Positions 37,891-49,900 of a stretch of DNA of 64,000 nucleotides are shown piece after piece. A program made the translations under genes and the position numbers. Each line of letters begins with the position of its first letter. Position 1 is the stretch's first letter. A model generated the notes under the pieces. It did not search any database and had not been told where the DNA came from. It saw only the letters and a list, made by a program, of their open reading frames with translations. Source of the stretch: Octopus sinensis (lineage: Eukaryota); contig NW_021835233.1 of NCBI RefSeq assembly GCF_006345805.1, positions 1 through 64,000 of the forward strand, written 5' to 3'.

Positions 37891-38150
37891 TACCCAGTCT
37901 GATGACGTACCTCATATTCCTACTGTTGCAAAAGCTGATATTCTTGTTATTCCTGGGATAGCTGAAGTTTCTGAGGTACCTGAATTGCCAGGTAAATTTC
38001 CGGAATCACCACCAGAGGCGCTAATTTCTGTCAATTCTCCTCCGTGTGATACTGTTGTTTTTCCCAGTACACCTGAAACATCGGCCGGTTCTGAAGTTCT
38101 TAGGTCATGCCAGAGACGTCAACTGCCCTCCAGGTTTAACTATTACATGC
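37891..38150 (+). pseudogene. Old Gypsy relic, integrase C-terminal tail (right part)
   Basis: Pro/Ser/Glu-rich tail ending EVLRSCQRRQLPSRFNYYM, typical of Gypsy pol C-termini; continues the relic across the young element's TSD. Confidence 0.65.
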
Positions 38151-39012
38151 GTGGAAAACATAAATTAATGGATGGAGGATGCCCGAGATCCTAAAAGACA
38201 TACACACAGAACGGATTTTATATAATAGATACACACACACACACACGCATATGTATATGCATGCGCATGTATGTGTGTGTACCACGGATTTCTTTCAGTT
38301 TCCGTCTACCAAATCCATTCACAAAGCTTTGGTTTGCCTGAGGCTATAGTAGTTGATACTTGCCCATGGTACCACGCAGTGGGATTGAACCCGTAACCAT
38401 GTGGTTGGAAAGTAAACTTCTTACCACACAGCCTATAAAACATCCACAGACTGGAGACCCGCTCTAAATACTTACAAAAGTTTACTTTGCTAAACGCATC
38501 CAAAGAAGACCAGATGTCGATACTAAACCGCGCGACGAACTAATTATACCACCCAAGGATAAAAGTAATAAATTTCTACTCAGATTTTGTCCACAAAATA
38601 TCCTTTACGCTACTTTGATCGCTCGTTAGAGGATATAGTAGAAGACACTTGCCCAAGGTGCTATGCAATGGGACCGAACCCAGAATCATGTGGTTGGGAA
38701 GCAAGTTTCTTTCCACTGAAACATTTTCTCTTTTTACTTACTCTCTCGTTTTATTTGTTTCAGTCATTTGACTGCGGCCAGGCTGGAGCACCGCCTTTAG
38801 TCGAGGAAATTGACCCCAGGACTTATTCTTTGTAAGCCTAGTACTTATTCTATCGGCCTTCTTTTGCCGAACCGCTAAGTTACGGGGACGTAAATACACC
38901 AGCATCGGTTGTCAAGCGATGTTGTGGGGGGGGGGCAAACACAGACACACAAACGTATACACACACATACATACAAACATACATACATATATACATACAT
39001 ACATATATATAT

Positions 39013-39073
<61 letters not shown>

Positions 39074-39238
39074 ATATACACATACATACATACATACATA
39101 TATATATTATATATATATATATAATATATATAAATTAAATTAGAGATAAAACCACTATTTGTCTATCCATCTATCTATCTATCTATCTCCATCTAACTAT
39201 CTCTAAACCCCTGTAAGTTTGGATATACTCCCTAATAT

Positions 39239-39309
<71 letters not shown>

Positions 39310-39620
39310 ATATATACATACACGACGGGCTTCTTTCAGTTTCCGTCTACCAAATCCACTCACAAGGTTTTGGTCGGCCCGAGGCTATAGCAGAAGACAC
39401 TTGCCCAAGGTACCACACAGTGGGACTGAACACGGAACCATGTGGTTCGTTAGCAAGCTACTTACGTTACTAAGTTATTTGAGGGAATTTGTTTGTTATT
39501 TCTAGCAGGTCGAGCGACCGGGTGGCGACTCCCGTGGCTGCTGGGTCGTAGACAGCTTGAGCTTTATCAGCAGCCACCCACGTTGTGCTTGGAGAGGGTG
39601 AAGAGAGAAAAGAATGCTAG

Positions 39621-39637
39621 TGCGCATGCGTGGTAAC
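39621..39637 (+). promoter_or_regulatory. Candidate IFT122 proximal promoter motifs: NRF1-like TGCGCATGCGT plus RFX half-site GGTAAC
   Basis: Motif match ~30-45 bp upstream of the ATG; function inferred only. Confidence 0.4.
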
Positions 39638-39667
39638 TAAGTCTAACAGTTCTTTGGCAAGACAAAC

Positions 39668-39708
39668 ATGAGACCAATTTGTTTATGGGACCTCCAGCAT
39701 CAAGACAG
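39668..39708 (+). CDS. IFT122: IFT122 coding exon 1 (41 nt; MRPICLWDLQHQD + phase-2 AG)
   Basis: AAACATG start context, AG|GTAAAC donor, phase matches exon 2; 13 codons with Trp7 as in vertebrate MRAVLTWRDKAEH. Confidence 0.8.
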
Positions 39709-40645
39709 GTAAACAAGCTAGTTAATACCCTCTATTTTCGGCATGGATTCATATTTTGATAATATCTAATCATCCATAAATTAAATTACTTTCCATCTGT
39801 TACTTTTCACCACTTATTTTCTTTATGATTTATAGATATTAAAATACAAAGAGTCGTGTGTGATATTTTCTTCTATTGCTTATCAGCTTATCATATATGA
39901 TTTATTATCGACTATCGAAGGAGATCGATGGAATAAATTGCTTTAAGAGCGGGTATGAAATTACGAGAGATGCTACAAATGTTTGTTTACAAAACGAAAA
40001 CTTGCCATGAACAAACTGTATAAGTTCATGCGACTTTAATTTTTGTATTCGTCTTGCATAGTTATTGTCAAGAAATTATTGACTGTGGTTGTTAGAAAGA
40101 GCACAGCATCATAGATGAGGTTAGTGTCAATTAAACCTTCATTTAGGTATTTGTTAGTATTTATTTTAGCGATTTCTGATGGGAATCTAAGACAAAAATC
40201 GGAATTAAAAAATAATTTCAAAAGCAGAACGTAAAGGGAGGAAACTGTATGTATGGTTTAGAAAAAATATTGATTGTTTTTTGACATTAGCAACGGAGAA
40301 TTATCGATCTGTTTGGGGAGGTTACAATCAGTTGAATCGATCTTCACCGTGTTATCTTCGCTTCTTCGGCCTTAAGTTCAAATAAGTTTACCAACCTTGT
40401 TTCCTCGCATCTACAGTCCTAAATTTAAGTTGATCTTGTGGCTGTGTTCCCTCGCTTTCAAGCTTCCGAATTCATATTAGACTTTTGGTTGTGTTTCTTC
40501 GCTTCGACGGCCCTAAAATTCACACGGGGTCTTTTGGCTGTATTTCTTCACTCCCGTGGTCCTAAATTCAAATTGGCTTTTTGACTGTGCTTCTTTGTGA
40601 CTTATATATAGTTATCCGATCTCCCCTTCTCTTTGTCGGCCCCTC

Positions 40646-41055
<410 letters not shown>

Positions 41056-41904
41056 GTCTATCCTCCATCAATGATAAGTAAGTCTTCCTGTGAAGACAGT
41101 TTGGAAAAGGAGTTGTATAATTGATTTGAACAGGGAAGAAGAACACTAAATTCTTTACTAGGTCTTGACAGTTTGTATTAGTCCTAACAGGTGGATTAAT
41201 ATTATATTAATACTGTTGCTGCTGCTTAGCTCCAAATCGGTCCTGGTTTAGCAAACCTATAATCAAAAGTATTATAGCTGTGATCATTTTGGTTGTTCCC
41301 CAAAGCAATGTATCTAGGGCTATTATCCATTCTTGCTCACCTTTTGTAATTAAGGTATGAACCAAGGGAGATTTGGCTGTTATTTCTAGCTATTCAGATG
41401 CTCCCTAGTTACATATGTTTTCCTCCTTTTCTATGTATATCTCTGTTTAATTGAGTGATTCTGTTTAATTGAATGATTCTGGGTCAGTTCAGCTTCTCGT
41501 CTCAAAAATCTGTCTCGTCTTCTCATTGAGTGATGTTATGTTCTCACGGAGCCCATATCATACTGCTCATCATTATCAGTAGAAGACACTTGTCCGAGGT
41601 GCCATGCAGTGGGGCTGAACCCAGGAGCATGTGGTTGAGAAGCAAGCTTCTTACCTCACAACAACACCACCTATGTTTATTTGTGTGACTCTTTTACCTG
41701 TTTCAGTCATTTGACTGTGGCCATGCTGGAGGGCTGCCTTTAGTCGAGCAAATCGACCCCAGGACTTATTCTTTGTTGGCCTAGTACTTATTCTATCGGT
41801 CTCTTTTGCCGAACCGCTAAGTTACAGGGTACGTAAACACACCAGCATCAGTTGTCAAGCGATGTTGGGGGGGACAAACACAGACACACAAACATATACA
41901 CGCA

Positions 41905-42480
41905 CATGTTGGCTGCCCCCTCTTTATCGAGTATGGCCATTGCTCGAAGCTTAATCAATGTTGTATCGTGCAATGCCTGTGCAAGAAGATTTTTTTTAAA
42001 GTGAGGAAAGGCTGTGCACTGAGTCAATCCCACTCACTAATCAACAGCAGCCATAATCCGAAAAGAAGAACAAGTCAACATCATCGGTAACCACTGAGCC
42101 GCAGGTTTTATATCGGAGTTATCCCAGTTACCTGAGTTACCTTCTCCTAGAAGGATGCCCTAACAAAGGCTTGGAGTCCTTCACTCTCAATGGTTTAACC
42201 ATGCGATCGGGTATTCAGTCCGATTATTTCTATGTTCCCGCGCATGATACAGCCTTAAGACATTTATTGGATGGCCGTTGACTCTCAAGAGTTCCTCCGC
42301 TCTTTGATGGGTTTTGTTTTTCATCCTGCAGGGTGTCCAATAAACACCCTCCTCACCAAGCAAGCTTGGTGGGGTTGCTGGTTTAGTCGCCGACGACCCG
42401 ACTATGCAACAGGTTGTACTGGGTTACATGTTACCAGTAGCACTTGAGAGTGACCTGACATAGGACCTGACACAGGAATT
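41905..42480. mobile_element. Probable RTE-type LINE 5' region inserted into the middle of a SINE B copy
   Basis: SINE B halves at 41690-41900 and 42570-42740 are separated by unrelated sequence; RTE assignment is from recalled similarity only. Confidence 0.4.
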
Positions 42481-42521
42481 GGAAGTGCATTGTGGGTTAG
42501 CAGTGTATAACATACACACAC

Positions 42522-42564
<43 letters not shown>

Positions 42565-43029
42565 CATACATACATATATACAATAGGCTTCTTTCAGTTT
42601 CCATCTACCAAATCCACTCACAAGGCTTTGGTCGGCCGGAGGCTATAGTAGAAGACACTTGCCCAAGGTGCCACGCAGTGGGACTGAACCCGGAACTATG
42701 TGGTTGGTAAGCAATCTACTTACTACACAGCCACTCCTACGCCTTCTCATTGAGTGATGTTATGTTCTCACAGAGCCCATATCATACTGTGTTCATTAGT
42801 ATTTTTATACATTAGATGAGAAAACTGTGTGTGTGTGTGTGTGTGTTTGTACTCTCATTATCACCACCGTTGTTGTGATGCCCTCTTTTCCAGGTTCGCA
42901 TGAGCAGATAGATTTTGTGAGGCAAATTTTCTATAGCCAGGCACCCTTTCTGTTGCTAATCCCAGTTGCTCCCAAGCATGGCAATATTTTCCCCATTGTC
43001 GGGTATGTCATCGGGATTGTTGTGGCCAT

Positions 43030-43600
43030 CCCTCTTCCTTCAGGACAGTTGCGAACATGCCATCATGGGGGGAATGTTAGAATGTGGATATATTTTGGAG
43101 GGCATCCATAGGTGGAGAGAATGGCCTAGAGAAGTTCTCTTGATATAGAATCCAACGCCTTGGTCAGTTGAATGAAGGCTGCACAGCGGTTGGTACTGTT
43201 CATGGTATGTTTTTGGAGTTGACACAAGGTAAAGATCATATCGTTGGTTCCTTGGGATGGTTCAAAACCTGCTTGAGTCTCTGGAAGAATTTTCTCAGCC
43301 AATGGTTTGAAGCAGTTGTTCAGAATCCAGGCAAGTACCTTGCCAGTGGTTACCAACAAGGAGATACCATCTCTCCAAAGTTCTTCACTGCATACCTAGA
43401 AATGGTCATCTGGGACATTGACTGGACAGGTGACATGATCATCAATGGCAAGCTACTGCACACCTTTGATTTACAAATGACATTGTGCACATCATTAAAG
43501 ACGCAGATCAGCTTCAGACCATACTGGCAAAAATGGATGCCCATAACTAAGCAGTAGGAGTTAAAATGGAACTTCATGAAAACAAAATATATGTGTTTCG
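43030..43600. mobile_element. Two RTE RT fragments in opposite orientation
   Basis: Minus: GKVLAWIL..LPETQAGF..MIFTLCQLQ..GCPPKYI..HDGM (43030-43350); plus: QGDTISPKFFTAYLE..INGKLL (43355-43600). Confidence 0.75.
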
Positions 43601-44746
43601 TTTTGGGATTTGGTTTGCAAGATTCTTTATATGAGTTCGTGTGTTGAAGCATATTCTGTTGTGTCTGGGGAGAGCCATTTTCTTTTTGTGCATTATAATT
43701 TAACACACTCACTGGTAAAATTTCCACTATTTTCTTATTTTTATTTTCCTAAAATTTTCCAAGCTATTGAAAAGGTTGCAAGACGCAACACCTGAGCACT
43801 GTATACAATAATTTGTAGTATTTAAAATGAAAGACCTAACTCTAATACTTCAGTAATTTCTAGTATCCCCTGCCTTGTCCTGCCCACCATCTCATTGATA
43901 TTTATTCATTCATTTCGAGTGCTACAAAACTGGTGATATGTTTGGTTTGTGATTCTGGTTTTTTTTTTCAATTTCTGGTTGAATCATTTCAACTACAATT
44001 TTATATTTGGTACAATTTATGTAAAAGAAATTAAAACCACTTCTCTTCAGCTTTCTGTTTCTTCAAAAACTCCCAACAAGTATGAAAGGGTATTGGAATC
44101 AACATGATTTGGTTGACACAGATTAGGGTCAAACTTATAATTTGGTGAAATGTTTTTATGGAGGTGTCTCTGGAAATAACCTCATGAAAAGTGCAAGAGA
44201 GAGAGAGAGAGAGAAGGAGAAAGCAAAGAGGCTAACTATCTCACAGTGTTATCTTACAGAGGAATACAATTAGTTTCCCGTTGTTGAAATTTTCAATAAT
44301 AAAAGCAATTTAAAAACCACATTTTGATAAAAACGAAATACCCCTGCATCCAATGCACTCAATACAGGATCAAAACTCACCCCAAATGGTATGCATGTTT
44401 ACAAAACGTGTGCTGCCATCTATTGGTGAACAATCGCCTACAGTATGTTTATATGAAATGTGGATGCAGTAAATTGCTTATAATTACCAGTAATAACATA
44501 AAGTTATACAGGTAAGTGGAGGAACTAAAACATTATTTTAGTGGTAATTTATTTTACAAAAGTATAGCCTAGGCTAGGGTGCGTCCTATGCACTCGTGCA
44601 TCTTATAAGCCATCAAATACAGTAGTTATCCCACCAAATATTATGTAGAAATGGTTACCTCCCTTGTATTAACTGTCTGCTCGAGAATAACAAATGTTTA
44701 TAAATTCAGTGTAATATTGTTCTTTCCTGTTTCTGTTCTGTTGCAG

Positions 44747-44977
44747 TGTTTTTGATGTATGTCTAAAGCCTGATAATAGCCAACTGGTTGCGGCAGTTGG
44801 CCAGAAAGTACTTGTCTACAATACTGCAGATGGCAATCTCATACAACCCTTGAAAGGTCATAAAGATAAAGTATACTGTGTAGATTACGCCAAAGATGGT
44901 CAGCGTTTTGCATCAGGATCTGCAGACAAATGTGTTATCATTTGGACAAGTAAGCTGGATGGTATCCTGAAATTTAA
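44747..44977 (+). CDS. IFT122: IFT122 coding exon 2 (231 nt, WD40 repeats)
   Basis: TTGCAG acceptor, AA|GTAAGT donor; [76 protein letters not shown] aligns closely to IFT122 ..[44 protein letters not shown]. Confidence 0.96.
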
Positions 44978-45489
44978 GTAAGTGGTGCTATGGTCTTTTC
45001 ATCCGACGTCACTTCGTCAGACATCTTTTCGTCCCCGTGTTTTGGCCCAATGTCTTTTTGTCTAATGACAAACCTTATCTATAAAATTTTCAATGATTCT
45101 TTGATTCTGATGTTCACCTTGTTTTCTAAAGAGTTTATTCAAAATTGGACTAAAAATCATTGGACAAAACAATCATCATCATCATCATTATCATCGTTTT
45201 ACATCCGTTTTCCACGCTAGCATGGGTTAGATGGTTTGACTGGGGTCTGGGAAGCCAGGGAGCTGCACCAGGCTCCAATCTGATCTGGCAGAGTTTCTAC
45301 AGCTGGATGCCCTTCCTAATGCCAACCACTCTGAGAGTGTAGTGGGTGCTTTTATGTGCCACCGGCACGAGGGCCAGTCAGGGGGTACTGGCAACAACCA
45401 TGCTCAAGTGGTGCTTTTTACATGCATGTGCACACATACATACACACACATATATATACACACATATATACATACACATATATATATAC

Positions 45490-45550
<61 letters not shown>

Positions 45551-45585
45551 ATATTAAAAAAAGGAGATGTCGAACATGAGTGGTG

Positions 45586-45771
45586 ATATATAAAAAAGGA
45601 AATGAAGAAAATGCTGACAAATAATTGAAGTAATTTAAGTAATTTAATTAGGTGAAAGTTCTTTTTACCGGTTGCGCATTAAGCATAACAAATGCGCAAC
45701 CGGTAAAAAGAACTTTCACCTAATTAAATTACTTAAATTACTTCAATTATTTGTCAGCATTTTCTTCATTT

Positions 45772-45785
<14 letters not shown>
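45586..45785. repeat. Perfect inverted repeat, 95-bp arms, 10-nt loop
   Basis: 45586-45680 is the exact reverse complement of 45691-45785; loop AAGCATAACA. Confidence 0.97.
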
Positions 45786-45814
<29 letters not shown>

Positions 45815-48800
45815 TATATATATACACATATATATATATATACACACACATGTATATATATATACACACACACACATATATATATATCTATATCATCATC
45901 ATCACCATTTAACGTTTGCTTTCCATGCTAGCATGGGTTGGACAATTTGAGTGAGGTCCGGCGTACCAGACTCCAATCTGATCTGGCAGAGTTTCTACAG
46001 CTGGATGCTCTTCCTAACGCCAACCACTCCAAGAGTGTAGTGGGTGCCTTTACGTGCCACCAATATATATATATATCATCAGGCAAAAAGACATGGACAA
46101 AGTGACGTCGGACAAAAAATCGGGTCATGTAAGTAAGTATATGGTATTTCCATGTATGAACTTATGAACACACTGGGTGTATATTTTCTACTTTGTGAAT
46201 GAAAATTGGTAGATGCAAAGTGTGCCTGTTGGATGCATGCGTTTATATGTAGTTGGGAAGCAAGCTACTTACCACATAGCCACTTCTGCGAGTTTTTTTT
46301 TATGAAACTTCTTATACATGCTCTAAGCATTACTATAGATACCAAAACACACTTGTAATAATCAAAACATTTACATATATTCTTCATCATCATCATCTTC
46401 ATAATCATAATCATCATGTGTTGAAAGACACTGATATGTATATATACACACATGTTTAGTTATAACTGTTTTATCTTTCCCCCGAGGCAAATTATTTCAT
46501 GTTATTTGAAAAGGAAATTATCTTTTAGAAAAGGATAAAAAATTAATTGCTCTTTGATGTACAGCGAAAAATACTGAAAAGAAAAATTCAAACAAAAACA
46601 AGGAGCTTTGAGAAGGTTTGAATATTTTTGAAGAATTTTTATGAAAATTTTAGTCACTACATGCATTATTCTTTTATTCCTTTATTTGTTTCAGTCACTT
46701 GACTGTGGCCATGCGGGAGCACCACCTTTAGTCGAACAAATCGATCCCAGGTCTTATTCTTTGTAAACCTAGTACTTATTCTATTGGTGTCTTTTACCAA
46801 ACTGCTGAGTTACAGGGATGTAAACACACCAATGTCGGTTGTCAAGCGATGGTGGGGGTACTAACATAGACACACAAACACACACACACATACATATTTT
46901 TTTTTCTCTAGTTTCAGCTCAGAGCTTCGACCATGCTGATGCACCGCCGTTTATATATATATATATGATGGGCTTCGTTCAGTTTCCGTCGACTAAATCC
47001 ACTCACAAGGCTTTGGTCGGCCTGAGGCTATAGTAGAAGACACTTGCCCAAGGTGTTCTGCAGTGGGACCGAACCTAGAACCACATGGTCGGTAAGCAAG
47101 CTACTTGCCACACAGCCACTCCTGCATATATATAACTTTCAATATTGTACATTATAGCAAATAGATGCCATTTTATATTTTATAGGGAGAAAGGAAAAAA
47201 AAAGCGTCTTTGCCTATGATTTTTCAAGGGTTCATTATCTTAGTGAGTTCATACATTTAAACATAGGGTTGATACACTCTCCTTTGTGGCTGTCAGTGCT
47301 GCGTCTAAAACAACCCATCATTTGAAGTGTTGACACCTCCTTCTGGTTTGTTGTCCTATGTCACTCATAAAGTAAATTTGGAGGAAGTGTGGTTGTTCAT
47401 TTGTGGGTAACTCTCACCTTCAGTTTTCTACAATCCTCCTTGCTTTACAGTTGTTTCTGGAGAGATTACATTTTTTCTTTGGTGGAATCTTTCAATATTG
47501 TAAGCAAAAAATTATGAACATAGGAAAAAATTATACTTTAATTTCTATTTTTGTAAGCAATTGTATGTATGTAGTATAAACAATATTATAGTCTTATCAA
47601 AAGTGAAAGTAAAAATGTGAAACAATTTGTGAAAGAATAAAAGTTAAACAATATTATATTGTCAAAATTGAAACAATATTATACCACTGAATAAAAATCG
47701 GAAGGGTCACATAGGAGGGGCTGCAGCAACCTATATGGGCAAGGGCCAAAATTTCCACCCCCAAAACCCTCCCCAAGTAATGGAAAACCTTCATACCAAA
47801 TTTGGTACAGATTGATCCAGTGGTTTGGCCGTGCATAGAGGAAACACATACACACACACAGAGACAGTAAATTTTGTAATATATCAGATGTGTCTCTGTG
47901 TTTGTCCTTATAACTTAGCAATTCAGCATAAGAGAGTGATGGAATAAGCACCAGACTTCCCCAAAAAATAATGAATAAAGAGGTGCAGTGTGGTTGTGTG
48001 GTAAGCTGCTTGCCTACCAACCACATGGTTCCGGGTTCAGTCCCACTGTGTGGCACCTTGGGTAAGTGTCTTCTACTATAGCCTCAGGCTGACCAAAACC
48101 TTGTGAGTGGATTTGGTAGGCAGAAACTGAAAGAAGCTTGTCGTATATATGTATATGTATATATATGTGTGTGTGTGTATGTTTGTGTGTGTATTTGTAT
48201 GTGTCTGTTTGTCCCCCCCCCCCACATCGTTTGACAACTGAAGTCGGTGTGTTTATGTCCCCATAACTTAGCGCTTCGGCAAAATAGCCCGATAGAATAA
48301 GTACTAGGTTTATGAAGAATAAGTCCTGTGTCAATTTGTTCGACTAAAGTGGTGCTCCAGCATGGCCGCAGCCAAATGACTGAAACAAGTGAAAGAATAC
48401 TGGGGTTGATCTGTTCAAGTAAACCCTTCAAGGATGACCTCAATGACCGAAACAAGTAAAAGAAAGATTTGTTCCAAAACAGTTGAATTCTTTGCTAAGT
48501 TCTGTCTTTTATCGTCTTAAAAACCATTTGTGTTTTCAGTCATCATCATCATCATCATCATCATTTAACGTCTATTTTCAATGCTGGCATGGGTTAGATG
48601 GTTTGACTGGGGTCTGGGAAGCCAGATGGCTGCACCAGGCTCCAGTCTGATCTGGCAGTGTTTCTACAGCTGGATGCCCTTCCTAATACCAACCATTTCG
48701 AGAGTGTAGAGGGTGCTTTTATGTGCCACCAGCACAGGGGCCAGAGGGGGCTAGCATCAGCCACGTTTGGATGGTGCTTTTTACATTCCACCGGCACAGA

Positions 48801-49145
48801 AGCCAGTCAAGGTGGCGCTGGCATCATCCACGTTCGGATGGTGCTTTTTACATTCCACCGGCACATAAGCCAGTCAAGGCAGCGCTGACATCAGCCACAT
48901 TCGGATGGTACCTTTTACATGCTACTGGCTCAGAAGCCAATCAAGGCGGCACTGGCACTGGCATTGGCCATGTTCAGATGGTGCTTTTTATGTGCCACCG
49001 ACATGGAAGCCAGTCAAGGTGGAACTGGCATCAGCCATGTTCAGATGGTGCTTTTTACATGCTACCAGCACAGGGATCACAACTACAATTTCCATTTGAT
49101 TGTGATTTGATTTTGATGTAATTTGCTTCTTTTTCTTTCTTCCAG

Positions 49146-49222
49146 TCACAGTGATGCCATCCAGTGTTTAGCATACAATCCCATCACCCACCGTTTGTTA
49201 AGTTGTGCTGTTACGGATTTTG
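49146..49222 (+). CDS. IFT122: IFT122 coding exon 3 (77 nt)
   Basis: Polypyrimidine + CCAG acceptor, G|GTAAGT donor; (N)[25 protein letters not shown](G) matches [26 protein letters not shown]. Confidence 0.95.
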
Positions 49223-49399
49223 GTAAGTTTTTCTAACGTTTGAAACTTTATCCTTTTCACCTAACCTTCTAACCTTATCCTTTTCACCTGTAAATGAATT
49301 GTTTTGCAAGTCTGTTTAACAATATGAAAAGCGGGTTAGGAAATATGAGGGGAAGGTTTGAGACTGAGGATATATATTTTGTTCTTGGAATTACCAATA

Positions 49400-49900
49400 A
49401 TTTCCTTTTTGCAGAAGGACCGCTTTTCACCTGTTAAAAAAAGTATGGAGCGCAAGTGTAATTTCAATAAAGAACAAAATAAGAATTTTTAACACAAACG
49501 TAAAAGCGGTGATATTGTATGGGGCTGAGACATGGCGAACAACAGTTAAGTCAAATAAGCAAATACAATCATTCATCAACTGATGCTTGCGTAGTATACT
49601 TAAAATTAGATGGCCCGAACACATAAGCAATAGGGAGCTATGGCAAAGAACAAATCAAGTTTCAATTAGGGAGCAAATATTTAAGAAAAAGTGGAAGTGG
49701 ATTGGTAGCACAATTAGAAAAGACACACCAAATGTAGTGAAAAGGGATTTACAGTGGAATTCGGATGGATCTAGAAAGAAAGGTAGGCCTAAGAACTCGT
49801 GGCATAAATCAACACAAAAGGAACTAGAAGGGGACATTCATGGCTGAATATAAGTACAGAAGCCAAAAATTATGTGACATGGAATTCAGTTATGAGTGGC
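49400..49900 (+). mobile_element. RTE-group LINE 3' fragment
   Basis: NTNVKAVILYGAETW..LKIRWPEHISNRELW..KWKWIG..GSRKKGRPKNSW. Confidence 0.8.
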
